DNA of 64,000 nucleotides from Escherichia coli (GTDB lineage Bacteria; Pseudomonadota; Gammaproteobacteria; Enterobacterales; Enterobacteriaceae): NCBI RefSeq assembly GCF_022846255.1, contig NZ_AP025682.1; one strand, 5' to 3'. Shown piece by piece: positions 20,165 to 31,655 of this stretch (position 1 is its first letter; each line of letters starts with the position of its first letter). The notes under the pieces were generated by a model. It saw only the letters and a program-made list of their open reading frames with translations, ran no database searches and was not told where the DNA came from. The position numbers and the translations under genes were made by a program.

Positions 20165-20770
20165 TTATGCACCTGCGGCGATCAGCAACTGCGCAATCTC
20201 TTCAAAGCCCCGTTCCCGCGCCAGTTCCAGCGGCGTTTTGCCATATTTATCGGTCAGATGCGGGCTGGCACCGTGTTCCAGCAATAACTGGACAATCGCC
20301 TGCTGTTTAATCCCGCCATCGTTAAGCACAATCGCTTCCAGCAACGGTGTCCAGCCAACATGGTTAGTCTGGTTAACGTTAATCTCCGTATTTGCCAAAA
20401 GCTCTTTTACAATACTTAAATGGCCTTTTTCACAGGCAGGCGTCAGGCCGACACCGCCAAAACGGGTTACGCAATTAATATCGGGTTTAGCCGGTAAAAT
20501 AATTCGTAGTAGCGTTAAATCATCGTTCAGACAGCTAATTAAAAAAGGATTTAAACAGGTATGATCTTGTTTATTAATATTCGCTCCGGCGTCAATTAAT
20601 GCCTGAACGCAAGCATATTGCTGATATAAACTTGCCAGCGTAATTGCCGTTTTCCCCTGACGATCGCAGGTATTAATATCGACACCCAGCGCAAGGCAGA
20701 TTTTTACTTTATCGATATCCCCCTGTTGCGCAGCCAATAAATAGTCTGCAGGTAGATTTTTTATAGTCAT
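20165..20770 (-). CDS. yahD: ankyrin-repeat protein
   Basis: 201-aa ORF with repeated ankyrin-like G-TPL/ALxxGA motifs. Confidence 0.85.
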   Translation of the reverse strand: MTIKNLPADYLLAAQQGDIDKVKICLALGVDINTCDRQGKTAITLASLYQQYACVQALIDAGANINKQDHTCLNPFLISCLNDDLTLLRIILPAKPDINCVTRFGGVGLTPACEKGHLSIVKELLANTEINVNQTNHVGWTPLLEAIVLNDGGIKQQAIVQLLLEHGASPHLTDKYGKTPLELARERGFEEIAQLLIAAGA

Positions 20771-21027
20771 TCACATTCACCTGGTTTTTGTGGCTGTTTT
20801 CGATGAATTGAGAATAGCAACGATAATCTGATAAAAGAACCCGCTTAAATTTAATTCGCCGTATTTCGCCTTTTTGTTGAATGATGTTCAACAATCTTTT
20901 CGCAGTGTGCGGTAGTGCAATATTTGTTTCTTTGACCCGATACCCTTTCACTCAATCAGGTTTTATTTCTCTATAGTCTGTACATGTAAGAGTAGCTTTC
21001 GTCCATGTCTAACCAGAGGGGAACAAG

Positions 21028-21525
21028 ATGAACGGACTCACGGCAACGGGTGTCACCGTCGGTATTTGTGCAGGGCTTTGGCAGTTAGTGTCTTCACATG
21101 TCGGGCTCTCTCAGGGATGGGAATTATTAGGAACCATTGGCTTCGTCGCCTTTTGCAGTTTTTATGCCGCAGGCGGCGGTAAATCGGGGTTTATCAGAAG
21201 TCTGGCGGTTAATTATTTCGGGATGGTGTGGGCCTTTTTCGCCGCGCTGGCTGCCGGCTGGCTGGCCTCTGTAAGTGGGATTTCCGGGTTCTGGGCGAGC
21301 GTGATTATGACTGTACCCTTCTCGGCGGTGGTGGTCTGGCAAGGACGTTTCGGTTTACTGTCTTTTATTCCCGGAGGCTTTCTCGGCATGACGCTATTTT
21401 TTGCCAGCGGGATGAACTGGACGGTGACATTACTGGGTTTTCTGGCGGGTAACTGCGTGGGGATAATTTCAGAATATGGCGGACAAAAATTAAGCGAAGC
21501 GACGACTAAACGCGACGGGTATTAA
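21028..21525 (+). CDS. yahC: inner-membrane protein
   Basis: 165-aa hydrophobic ORF, divergent from yahD. Confidence 0.75.
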   Translation: MNGLTATGVTVGICAGLWQLVSSHVGLSQGWELLGTIGFVAFCSFYAAGGGKSGFIRSLAVNYFGMVWAFFAALAAGWLASVSGISGFWASVIMTVPFSAVVVWQGRFGLLSFIPGGFLGMTLFFASGMNWTVTLLGFLAGNCVGIISEYGGQKLSEATTKRDGY

Positions 21526-21616
21526 AAGTTATTCAAAAATGATTATCTATCTTTAACCGATACCTCTACAGTCATAGCTGGAGAAATTCATATTCGATAA
21601 TGGCGGGAATGGTTTA

Positions 21617-22549
21617 ATGAACTCAATTTTTACCGAAGAGAATCTGTTGGCATTTACTACCGCTGCGCGTTTTGGCAGTTTCAGTAAAGCCGCAGAAGAG
21701 TTGGGTTTAACCACTTCCGCCATTAGCTACACCATCAAGCGAATGGAAACAGGGCTGGATGTGGTGCTGTTCACTCGCAGTACCCGAAGCATTGAGTTAA
21801 CGGAGTCCGGGCGTTATTTTTTCCGCAAAGCTACCGACCTGCTGAATGATTTTCACGCCATCAAACGCAGCATCGATACTATTTCGCAGGGTATAGAAGC
21901 ACGGGTGCGCATTTGTATTAACCAACTGCTTTATACGCCCAAACACACCGCACGCTTATTACAGGTACTGAAAAAGCAGTTTCCAACCTGCCAGATTACC
22001 GTGACGACCGAAGTGTATAACGGCGTCTGGGATGCGATTATTAATAATCAGGCGAATATTGCTATCGGCGCGCCCGACACACTGTTGGACGGCGGCGGCA
22101 TTGATTACACGGAGATTGGCGCAATTCGCTGGGCTTTTGCTATCGCCCCGGATCACCCATTAGCCTTTGTGCCGGAACCCATCGCCGAAAGCCAACTGCG
22201 TCTCTATCCTAATATCATGGTGGAGGACACCGCGCATACGATTAATAAAAAAGTGGGCTGGTTGCTGCATGGGCAGGAGTCGATTCTGGTGCCAGATTTC
22301 AACACCAAATGTCAGTGCCAGATTTTAGGTGAAGGAATTGGTTTTTTGCCGGATTACATGGTCCGTGAGGCGATGGCGCAATCCCTGCTGGTTACCCGAC
22401 AAATCCATAATCCGCGCCAGGATTCACGCATGTTACTCGCAACTCAGCATTCTGCTACGGGTCAGGTGACGCAGTGGATTAAAAAACAATTTTCGCCAAA
22501 TGGCATATTAACGGGGATCTATCAGGATTTACTGCATCGGGAGAATTAA
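21617..22549 (+). CDS. yahB: LysR-family transcriptional regulator
   Basis: 310-aa ORF with N-terminal LysR HTH. Confidence 0.85.
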   Translation: MNSIFTEENLLAFTTAARFGSFSKAAEELGLTTSAISYTIKRMETGLDVVLFTRSTRSIELTESGRYFFRKATDLLNDFHAIKRSIDTISQGIEARVRICINQLLYTPKHTARLLQVLKKQFPTCQITVTTEVYNGVWDAIINNQANIAIGAPDTLLDGGGIDYTEIGAIRWAFAIAPDHPLAFVPEPIAESQLRLYPNIMVEDTAHTINKKVGWLLHGQESILVPDFNTKCQCQILGEGIGFLPDYMVREAMAQSLLVTRQIHNPRQDSRMLLATQHSATGQVTQWIKKQFSPNGILTGIYQDLLHREN

Positions 22550-22590
22550 TCGCTGCCAACCTCCCGATGCGCTGTGAATAGCGGTTTACA

Positions 22591-23685
22591 TCAACCACCT
22601 GCTTTCATTACCCATTCAGAGATAAATTTATTACCCGGTACTGGCGGAGAGTACAAATAGCCCTGCAAAAAGTGAACGCCTTTGCCGATCATTAAATCCG
22701 CCTGCTCCTGGGTTTCTACCCCTTCCGCCACGATACTCAGACCAGGCTTACGCGCCAGTTCGACAATATTGTCCACAATATGACCGGATATTTCGTCCAC
22801 GCTCGCCATTTGCACAAATGACTTATCGATCTTAATAAAATCGACCGGGAACGCCTGCAAGTAACGATAGGTCGCATAACCCGTACCAAAGTCATCCAGC
22901 GCAAAGGTAATGTTGTGCTGATGAAGGCTGTCAAATATCGCTCTGGCTTCTGGCGTTACCGGAATAGGGTTACGTTCCGTTAGCTCGAGAACCAGTTTGA
23001 TTTTATCGTTACCTAATTTCTTAACCAGGTTCAGACACTCTTTTTCAAATCCCGCAGCCAAAAAACAACCCGCCGAGACGTTGATGCCAATATGGAAATT
23101 GTCCGGCAGCAAATGTTTTACCGGCATCAGAATATCCGCAGTCTGTTTCATCAACTGGCGAGTCATTATGACGATAAGACCAGATGACTCCGCCAGAGGA
23201 ATAAACTGATCCGGTGGGATAATTCCCGTTTGTGGATGTTCCCAGCGGACAAGCACCTCACAGCCCGTCAGTACCCCAGTCTGCGCGCAGAAAACCGGTT
23301 GGATCCACGGTTTAAATTCATGGTTTTCCAACGCCAGACTGATGGCTTCCGGCGTGACGATATGGTGATAGTGATTATCATTAATATATTTGTGACTATT
23401 ATTACCCGTGGCGGATATGATCTCCGGATTGTACTGAAAGAAAATATCCCGCCAGAAAGTAATATCGCTCTGAATCCCCAGTTTCTCAAAGAGCTGTTTC
23501 TTTTGATGTGAAATGGTCTTTGCACTACGATTTCTGTACTGTGATATTTCTGTTACAGACATTCCCTGCATCAGCAGCTTGAGTAGCAGTCGTTCTTTCT
23601 CGGATACGCTACCAGGCAATGACAAATGAACCGTTGTACCGAACTCTTGCAGAAAAACACGAAAATCACATGAATTCATGAACAC
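22591..23685 (-). CDS. pdeL: c-di-GMP phosphodiesterase with LuxR-type HTH and EAL domain
   Basis: 364-aa ORF; N-terminal LuxR HTH (LLKLLMQGMSVTEISQ...) and C-terminal EAL-type sequence. Confidence 0.85.
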   Translation of the reverse strand: MFMNSCDFRVFLQEFGTTVHLSLPGSVSEKERLLLKLLMQGMSVTEISQYRNRSAKTISHQKKQLFEKLGIQSDITFWRDIFFQYNPEIISATGNNSHKYINDNHYHHIVTPEAISLALENHEFKPWIQPVFCAQTGVLTGCEVLVRWEHPQTGIIPPDQFIPLAESSGLIVIMTRQLMKQTADILMPVKHLLPDNFHIGINVSAGCFLAAGFEKECLNLVKKLGNDKIKLVLELTERNPIPVTPEARAIFDSLHQHNITFALDDFGTGYATYRYLQAFPVDFIKIDKSFVQMASVDEISGHIVDNIVELARKPGLSIVAEGVETQEQADLMIGKGVHFLQGYLYSPPVPGNKFISEWVMKAGG

Positions 23686-24511
23686 ACCTTTTATCTTTTA
23701 TCGCTGTTCAGTATGAGTGATTACCTGTGGATTCCTGAGCACACATAAGGGGTAACCATAAACATTAGCGATGCCATACGTATAACATCCCACATCACTA
23801 TCAAGAAGATTATCTTTACCTCTGATGCTCGCTCAGAAACAGTTACGCTAAATACCTTAAAAAGGTAATCACAAGTCAAAACTCAGGAGATAATCACGCA
23901 AGAATGCAATATTAAAATTCAGATACTCATTATTGGTAATAAAGAAGTAGTTGGACTATTTCGATATTTATAATTTCCCACTACGTATTGACGCCCATTC
24001 ATGAGTAAAGGCGCATTATATGAATTTAACAATCCAGATCAACTGAAAATACCTCAACCTCATAAACACATAGCGTCAACATTCAATGACATAATGAGTA
24101 AAGATGTTGGTTATGCATACACGTCATTACTCTATGCCTATCCCTTAACAACCTGCCTCTTAAGACTGAATCCATTCAGCAATAGATGACCAACATTATA
24201 ACAATGACAATAAAAACAATATTTAAAACAATCAATAAAATATCAGACACAGACAATTAAACCTTAAACAACAAATGGTTACATTGATTTTGGTTGATTT
24301 GCGCTACGCGTTCCCCATGAATAAAGCGTCATTTCAAATTAGCACCAATATTTACATTAATTAAGACTAAGCTTATTGAACATTCACAACAGTCCAAACG
24401 TAGGTTTTGGGCTTCAATAGTTCTTTTCTTTTTTATTATCTGTTGCCTGGCAATCATCAATCTATACTAAGGGCTTAACTGTACAGATATAACGTATCAA
24501 GAGGTAAGAGA

Positions 24512-24541
24512 AACCGCGCCATATGCATACATGGCGCGGTT
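24512..24541. terminator. hairpin immediately downstream of betT (AACCGCGCCAT-loop-ATGGCGCGGTT, followed by TTTT on + strand)
   Basis: 11-bp perfect stem, 8-nt loop, located 15 bp beyond the betT stop. Confidence 0.55.
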
Positions 24542-24555
24542 TTATGCAATAACAA

Positions 24556-26589
24556 TCACGCGTCCGGGAACATCACGCTATGGCCCGGCGCTTCACGATG
24601 GAGATGGATAAAGTTAAGGTGCCGCTCGTACTGGTCGAGAATATCGGTGATCACCTGCTCTTTGCTGTAGTCCATCAGGTCGTTGCCCTGGCTGCCTTCT
24701 AACAGGAAGGTTTCCAGCCGGTAGTAGGTCGATTTCCCGCTACGTGCGCGGTAGGTAAAGCCCGGCACCGAATATTGCTGCGGCCAAATCTGATAGACAA
24801 AGTTTTGCTCTTCGCCCATATGCACCAACAAATCCAGATGCCCCAACTGTTGTCCCTCTTCCGGCGGCAGGTTTTTTAGCTCCACGTACGCGCCGCGCAA
24901 CCGCAGCTCCTGCGCCACTTCTTCCATTGCCGGGTAACAGACCGTCTCCATCATCTGTTTAGTGTAACGCGTGCCCGGATAATTCATCAGGCGCGAGAGA
25001 CGTTTTTTCCAGCTCAGGCGATCCTGAAGCCCCAGCGGTCGCGGCGCGGTATCGCGGTTGGCACTTTCACGGCGGTAATCTTCTACCTTCAGAGATTTAT
25101 ACAACCCCGCCATCACGAAGAAAATCACAAAGCTGAACGGCAGCCCCATGATTACCGTGGTGTTTTGCAGCGCGGATATCCCGTTGGTCATCAGCATGCC
25201 GAGCGTCAGCAGGCCAATCGCCACCGACCAGAAGACGCGCAGCCAGCCGGGGGCGTCGCTGTTGATATCTTTAAGCTGCGAGGTGAAATTCCCCAGCACC
25301 AGCGCACCGGAGTCCGCCGAGGTCACATAAAACAGCAGGCCAGTAATGGTGGCGACGGAGGCGCTAAAGGTAAACGCCGGATACTGCGCCAGCAGGCTGT
25401 AGAAGCCGCGCTCCGGATGGACCATCGCTTCCTCGGCAAATGCCGCGCCGCCGTGGATAATTTCATACAGCGCGCTATTGCCGAATACCGAGAGCCATAA
25501 CAGCGTGAAGGTAAACGGAATAATCAACGTGCCCAGCACGAACTGGCGAATGGTACGCCCACGCGAGATACGCGCCAGGAACAGGCCGACAAACGGCGAC
25601 CATGCCACCCACCATGCCCAGAAGAAGAGCGTCCAGTTATTCATCCACTCAACCGGACGGTCGAAGGCAAAACTGTTGAGCGTCATGCCCATAAAGCGAT
25701 TCACATAGTCGCCAACATTCAGCACCAGTGCATTAAGCAGGAACGAAGTGTCGCCCATAAACAGCACAAACAGGATCAATCCCAGCGCCAGCGCAACATT
25801 AAGCTCCGATAACACACGAATGCCCTTATCGACACCGGAGGTGACAGAGATCGTGGCGATGATCACCGACAAGGCGATCAGTGCCGCTTTCGCCGCCATT
25901 GAATCGGGAATATCAAACAGTACGCTCAAGCCATAGTTAAGCTGCACCACACCAATACCGAGCGTAGTGGCAATACCGAAGATGGTGCCGATCACCGCTG
26001 CAATATCCACTGAGTGACCTATCGGCCCGTTAATCCGTTTACCGAAGATCGGGTACAGCGCTGAGCGGATGGTGAGCGGCAAATTATAACGATAGCTAAA
26101 GTATCCGAGCGCCATGCCCATCAGCGCATACATCGACCAGCCGGTTAAGCCGTAGTGAAACAGCGTCCAGACCATCGCCTGACGCGCGGCCTCAATCGTC
26201 TGACCCGCGCCTTCCGGCGGCTGCATATACTGCGTTACCGGTTCGGCTACGGAGAAGAACATCAGGTCGATACCGATCCCGGCAGCAAACAGCATCGCCG
26301 CCCAACTCAGCAGACTGAATTCCGGTTTTGATTGTTCTGGCCCGAGCTTCACCGAACCAAAACGCGAACAAGCGATACAGACCACAAAGACAATATAGAG
26401 CGTTGCCGCCAGCAGATAGTACCAACCGAAGGTTTTAGAGACCCAGTCCAGCGTGCGTCCAATCCACAGGGCCGAGAAGTCGCGAAACAGGATCGTTGTC
26501 AGGGAAAACAACAAAATCAGTCCGGCGGAAGTGTAAAACACCACCGGATTGATTTTGTCCTTTTCCCTGCTGTGTGAAAGGTCTGTCAT
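24556..26589 (-). CDS. betT: choline transporter, BCCT family
   Basis: 677-aa polytopic membrane ORF; bet locus synteny. Confidence 0.95.
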   Translation of the reverse strand: MTDLSHSREKDKINPVVFYTSAGLILLFSLTTILFRDFSALWIGRTLDWVSKTFGWYYLLAATLYIVFVVCIACSRFGSVKLGPEQSKPEFSLLSWAAMLFAAGIGIDLMFFSVAEPVTQYMQPPEGAGQTIEAARQAMVWTLFHYGLTGWSMYALMGMALGYFSYRYNLPLTIRSALYPIFGKRINGPIGHSVDIAAVIGTIFGIATTLGIGVVQLNYGLSVLFDIPDSMAAKAALIALSVIIATISVTSGVDKGIRVLSELNVALALGLILFVLFMGDTSFLLNALVLNVGDYVNRFMGMTLNSFAFDRPVEWMNNWTLFFWAWWVAWSPFVGLFLARISRGRTIRQFVLGTLIIPFTFTLLWLSVFGNSALYEIIHGGAAFAEEAMVHPERGFYSLLAQYPAFTFSASVATITGLLFYVTSADSGALVLGNFTSQLKDINSDAPGWLRVFWSVAIGLLTLGMLMTNGISALQNTTVIMGLPFSFVIFFVMAGLYKSLKVEDYRRESANRDTAPRPLGLQDRLSWKKRLSRLMNYPGTRYTKQMMETVCYPAMEEVAQELRLRGAYVELKNLPPEEGQQLGHLDLLVHMGEEQNFVYQIWPQQYSVPGFTYRARSGKSTYYRLETFLLEGSQGNDLMDYSKEQVITDILDQYERHLNFIHLHREAPGHSVMFPDA

Positions 26590-26717
26590 CCAGTATCCCC
26601 ACTGTTATTGTTACCATTTAAAATCAAATTAGTAACAATTAAGACACATTTTATATTGAACGTCCAATCAATAACCGCTTTAATAGATAAACAACGCTGA
26701 TGAATGGAGTGGCGAAA

Positions 26718-27305
26718 ATGCCCAAATTGGGAATGCAGTCGATCCGGCGCAGACAACTGATCGACGCCACGCTGGAAGCAATAAATGAAGTGGGCATGCA
26801 CGATGCAACGATCGCGCAGATCGCCCGCCGTGCAGGCGTTTCTACGGGGATCATCAGCCACTATTTCAGGGACAAAAATGGTCTGCTGGAAGCAACCATG
26901 CGCGATATCACCAGTCAGCTGCGTGACGCGGTTTTGAATCGATTACATGCACTTCCGCAGGGCAGTGCAGAGCTGCGATTACAGGCGATTGTTGGCGGAA
27001 ACTTCGATGAAACCCAGGTGAGCAGTGCGGCGATGAAAGCCTGGCTGGCCTTCTGGGCCAGCAGTATGCATCAGCCGATGCTCTATCGCTTGCAGCAGGT
27101 CAGTAGCCGCCGCTTATTGTCGAATCTGGTGAGCGAATTTCGCCGCGAGTTACCGCGCCAACAGGCACAGGAAGCGGGCTACGGACTTGCCGCGCTGATT
27201 GACGGATTATGGCTGCGCGCGGCACTGAGCGGCAAACCGCTGGATAAACCTCTCGCACACTCGCTGACCCGTCACTTTATTACTCAGCATTTACCCACCG
27301 ATTAA
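26718..27305 (+). CDS. betI: TetR-family repressor of the bet regulon (start taken at MPKLGMQ; ORF begins 26700)
   Basis: TetR-type HTH; divergent from betT. Confidence 0.9.
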   Translation: MPKLGMQSIRRRQLIDATLEAINEVGMHDATIAQIARRAGVSTGIISHYFRDKNGLLEATMRDITSQLRDAVLNRLHALPQGSAELRLQAIVGGNFDETQVSSAAMKAWLAFWASSMHQPMLYRLQQVSSRRLLSNLVSEFRRELPRQQAQEAGYGLAALIDGLWLRAALSGKPLDKPLAHSLTRHFITQHLPTD

Positions 27306-27318
27306 CCGAGGAGACGTG

Positions 27319-28791
27319 ATGTCCCGAATGGCAGAACAGCAGCTTTATATACATGGTGGTTATACCTCCGCCACCAGCGGTCGCACCTTCGAGACCATTA
27401 ACCCGGCCAACGGTAACGTGCTGGCGACCGTGCAGGCCGCCGGGCGTGAGGATGTCGATCGCGCCGTGAAGAGTGCCCAACAGGGGCAAAAAATCTGGGC
27501 GGCGATGACCGCTATGGAACGCTCGCGTATTCTGCGTCGGGCCGTTGATATTCTACGTGAACGCAATGACGAACTCGCAAAACTGGAAACCCTCGACACC
27601 GGAAAAGCATATTCGGAAACCTCAACCGTCGATATCGTTACCGGTGCGGACGTGCTGGAGTACTACGCCGGGCTGATCCCGGCGCTGGAAGGCAGCCAGA
27701 TCCCGTTGCGTGAGACGTCATTTGTTTATACCCGCCGCGAACCGCTGGGCGTAGTGGCAGGGATTGGCGCATGGAACTACCCGATTCAGATTGCCCTGTG
27801 GAAATCCGCCCCAGCGCTGGCGGCAGGCAACGCGATGATTTTCAAACCGAGCGAAGTCACCCCGCTTACCGCGTTAAAGCTGGCCGAAATTTACAGCGAA
27901 GCGGGCCTGCCTGACGGCGTATTTAACGTGCTGCCGGGCGTAGGTGCGGAAACCGGGCAGTATCTGACCGAGCATCCGGGCATTGCCAAAGTGTCATTTA
28001 CCGGCGGTGTCGCCAGCGGCAAAAAAGTGATGGCTAACTCGGCGGCTTCCTCCCTGAAAGAAGTGACCATGGAGCTGGGCGGTAAATCACCGCTGATCGT
28101 TTTCGACGATGCGGATCTCGATCTCGCCGCTGATATCGCCATGATGGCGAACTTCTTCAGCTCCGGTCAGGTGTGTACCAACGGCACCCGCGTCTTCGTT
28201 CCGGCGAAATGCAAAGCCGCATTTGAACAAAAGATTCTGGCTCGCGTTGAGCGCATTCGCGCGGACGACGTTTTCGATCCGCAAACTAACTTCGGCCCGC
28301 TGGTCAGCTTCCCGCATCGCGATAACGTGCTGCGCTATATCGCCAAAGGCAAAGAGGAAGGCGCACGCGTACTGTGCGGCGGCGATGTACTGAAGGGGGA
28401 TAGCTTCGATAACGGCGCATGGGTTGCACCGACCGTGTTCACCGATTGCAGCGACGATATGACCATTGTGCGAGAAGAGATTTTCGGGCCGGTGATGTCC
28501 ATTCTGATCTACGAGTCGGAAGACGAAGTCATTCGCCGCGCTAACGATACCGACTACGGTCTGGCGGCGGGTATCGTGACGGCGGACCTGAACCGCGCGC
28601 ATCGCGTCATTCATCAGCTGGAAGCGGGTATTTGCTGGATCAACACCTGGGGCGAATCCCCGGCAGAGATGCCCGTTGGCGGCTACAAACACTCCGGCAT
28701 TGGTCGCGAGAACGGAGTGATGACGCTCCAGAGTTACACCCAGGTGAAGTCCATCCAGGTTGAGATGGCTAAATTCCAGTCCATATTCTAA
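27319..28791 (+). CDS. betB: betaine aldehyde dehydrogenase
   Basis: 490-aa aldehyde dehydrogenase family ORF. Confidence 0.95.
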   Translation: MSRMAEQQLYIHGGYTSATSGRTFETINPANGNVLATVQAAGREDVDRAVKSAQQGQKIWAAMTAMERSRILRRAVDILRERNDELAKLETLDTGKAYSETSTVDIVTGADVLEYYAGLIPALEGSQIPLRETSFVYTRREPLGVVAGIGAWNYPIQIALWKSAPALAAGNAMIFKPSEVTPLTALKLAEIYSEAGLPDGVFNVLPGVGAETGQYLTEHPGIAKVSFTGGVASGKKVMANSAASSLKEVTMELGGKSPLIVFDDADLDLAADIAMMANFFSSGQVCTNGTRVFVPAKCKAAFEQKILARVERIRADDVFDPQTNFGPLVSFPHRDNVLRYIAKGKEEGARVLCGGDVLKGDSFDNGAWVAPTVFTDCSDDMTIVREEIFGPVMSILIYESEDEVIRRANDTDYGLAAGIVTADLNRAHRVIHQLEAGICWINTWGESPAEMPVGGYKHSGIGRENGVMTLQSYTQVKSIQVEMAKFQSIF

Positions 28792-28804
28792 CCAGGAGGT
28801 TTAT

Positions 28805-30493
28805 TTGCAATTTGACTACATCATTATTGGTGCCGGCTCAGCCGGCAACGTTCTCGCTACCCGTCTGACTGAAGATCCGAACACAACCGTGCTGCTGCTT
28901 GAAGCAGGCGGCCCGGACTATCGCTTTGACTTCCGCACCCAGATGCCCGCCGCGTTGGCGTTCCCGCTACAGGGCAAACGCTACAACTGGGCCTATGAGA
29001 CGGAACCCGAACCGTTTATGAACAACCGCCGCATGGAGTGCGGACGCGGCAAAGGTCTGGGCGGTTCATCGCTGATCAACGGTATGTGCTACATCCGTGG
29101 CAATGCGCTGGATCTCGATAACTGGGCACAAGAACCTGGTCTGGAGAACTGGAGTTATCTCGACTGCCTGCCCTACTACCGCAAGGCCGAGACTCGCGAT
29201 GTGGGCGAGAACGATTACCACGGTGGCGATGGCCCGGTGAGCGTCATCACCTCCAAACCCGGCGTCAATCCGCTGTTTGAAGCGATGATTGAAGCGGGCA
29301 TGCAGGCAGGCTACCCGCGCACGGACGATCTCAACGGCTATCAGCAGGAAGGTTTTGGCCCGATGGATCGCACCGTCACGCCGCATGGCCGTCGCGCCAG
29401 CACCGCGCGTGGCTATCTCGATCAGGCCAAATCGCGCCCTAACCTGACCATTCGTACTCACGCCATGACCGATCACATCATTTTTGACGGCAAACGCGCG
29501 GTGGGCGTCGAGTGGCTGGAAGGCGACAGCACCATTCCGACCCGCGCGGCGGCGAATAAAGAAGTGCTGTTATGTGCAGGCGCGATTGCTTCACCGCAGA
29601 TCCTGCAACGCTCCGGCGTCGGCAACGCTGAACTGCTGGCGGAGTTTGATATTCCGCTGGTGCATGAATTACCCGGCGTCGGCGAAAATCTTCAGGATCA
29701 CCTGGAGATGTATCTGCAATACGAGTGCAAAGAACCGGTTTCCCTCTACCCTGCCCTGCAGTGGTGGAATCAGCCGAAAATCGGTGCGGAGTGGCTGTTT
29801 GGCGGCACCGGCGTTGGTGCCAGCAACCACTTTGAAGCAGGCGGATTTATTCGCAGCCGTGAGGAATTTGCGTGGCCGAATATTCAGTACCATTTCCTGC
29901 CAGTGGCGATTAACTATAACGGCTCGAACGCAGTGAAAGAGCACGGCTTCCAATGCCATGTCGGATCGATGCGCTCGCCAAGCCGTGGGCATGTGCGGAT
30001 TAAATCCCGCGACCCGCACCAGCATCCGGGAATTCTGTTTAACTACATGTCGCACGAGCAGGACTGGCAGGAGTTCCGCGACGCAATTCGCATCACCCGC
30101 GAGATCATGCATCAACCCGCGCTGGATCAATACCGTGGCCGCGAAATCAGCCCTGGTGTCGAATGCCAGACGGATGAGCAGCTCGATGAGTTCGTGCGTA
30201 ACCACGCCGAAACCGCGTTTCATCCGTGCGGTACCTGCAAAATGGGTTATGACGAGATGGCTGTGGTTGACGGCGAAGGCCGCGTACACGGGCTGGAAGG
30301 CCTGCGCGTGGTGGATGCGTCAATTATGCCGCAAATTATCACCGGCAATTTGAACGCCACGACGATTATGATTGGCGAGAAAATAGCGGATATGATTCGT
30401 GGGAAGGAAGCGTTGCCGAGGAGCACGGCGGGATATTTTGTGGCAAATGGGATGCCGGTGAGAGCGAAAAAACTGAATCGCGATTTGAACTAA
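28805..30493 (+). CDS. betA: choline dehydrogenase (GMC oxidoreductase); probable TTG start after AGGAGG RBS
   Basis: N-terminal FAD-binding motif [14 protein letters not shown] in track begins 28760. Confidence 0.9.
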   Translation: MQFDYIIIGAGSAGNVLATRLTEDPNTTVLLLEAGGPDYRFDFRTQMPAALAFPLQGKRYNWAYETEPEPFMNNRRMECGRGKGLGGSSLINGMCYIRGNALDLDNWAQEPGLENWSYLDCLPYYRKAETRDVGENDYHGGDGPVSVITSKPGVNPLFEAMIEAGMQAGYPRTDDLNGYQQEGFGPMDRTVTPHGRRASTARGYLDQAKSRPNLTIRTHAMTDHIIFDGKRAVGVEWLEGDSTIPTRAAANKEVLLCAGAIASPQILQRSGVGNAELLAEFDIPLVHELPGVGENLQDHLEMYLQYECKEPVSLYPALQWWNQPKIGAEWLFGGTGVGASNHFEAGGFIRSREEFAWPNIQYHFLPVAINYNGSNAVKEHGFQCHVGSMRSPSRGHVRIKSRDPHQHPGILFNYMSHEQDWQEFRDAIRITREIMHQPALDQYRGREISPGVECQTDEQLDEFVRNHAETAFHPCGTCKMGYDEMAVVDGEGRVHGLEGLRVVDASIMPQIITGNLNATTIMIGEKIADMIRGKEALPRSTAGYFVANGMPVRAKKLNRDLN

Positions 30494-31655
30494 CGCAGGA
30501 ACTTACAAGATTGAGAGTTACCGTTCTACGATGAGGACCGAATCCTTATATAAAAAACATAGGTAACTCTCATGCTTCATATCCGCAGTCCCGCCATCAA
30601 ACTTTAAGCCGATTCGCTCAATCTGGCGGATGATGGTGCTATGGATACGCTGATAAACCACAAGTGTAATGCCACTCAGCTTAAGAATCACGCAACCAGT
30701 GCTCCTGGCTAGGGTTACTTGTTCTTTCCCACTCCCGGTTAGCAGTGGTCAGCGATCAACTGCGTAAGCCGGGCGTATTTATCCCAAAGCGTGGAGTAAT
30801 ATCAGGTCTACGCTAAAAAAGTCAATTTATTCGGTTATCATGCACGAAAAGGGGACTTGTGGCGAGTATAAAAATAAGTCAGACCCAAAAACTACGTGGA
30901 GCTTTAAACACGGTTCGTATAATTTATTAGCAGCGATTTATTTTTACCCTTCTTTAATCAGTCATCATGATTAAATATTTTTTATCACAAGATTATCGCT
31001 TCTCTAACATTTTATTTTTTATTTATTATCAATTGATAAGAAAAAATTGTTAGTACGTTTTTGCAAAAAATTAAAAGTGTTGGGATACACTTAAACAAAT
31101 GAACAAAAACCAAACAAACTGAGATTTGCAATCAGAAAAAATTATTCAAGAGAACATCTCTAATTTATTGGTAGCGTCCATGAACGATGATTTCCTCACA
31201 ACCAAAAAGTAAAGAAAATCTTATGATAAGATATATTTGTAAATTAGTATTATTAACGTCAAAGATCTTTTCTTTTCTGCACCCTTACTTTGCAACGCAT
31301 AAAAAACAAATAAAATCAATAATATATGCAGAAAAAGTTATTTTACGTAAAAATAACATTAAATAAATCAAGACTATTGAACATCACTAAAACATTAGAC
31401 GTAATACACATTCACCCCCGCTCCTTGACTCAGGGTTTTAATATTTTTTGTTTCACATCATTGTAGAAAAAATCGCGCATTAAAAATGAGTTGTAGAAAA
31501 ACCGCACAATAAATATTTCATATTTAATCTATTGCGTAGAACTACTATTCAAAAAATCTTATTAATGAGATAATGAAATTACATCGATAACGTTCTGATT
31601 GCAGGCACACTTATCTGGGTGTGCCTCTTTTTTTTACAACTGTACACGGTGGCGT

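Noticed and set aside
24001-24189. 62-aa ORF in the pdeL-betT intergenic region
   Set aside because: No RBS, AT-rich low-complexity translation; more likely non-coding regulatory DNA.
28087-30289. 201-aa and 206-aa minus-strand ORFs
   Set aside because: Antisense to betB and betA respectively, which have unambiguous enzyme translations.
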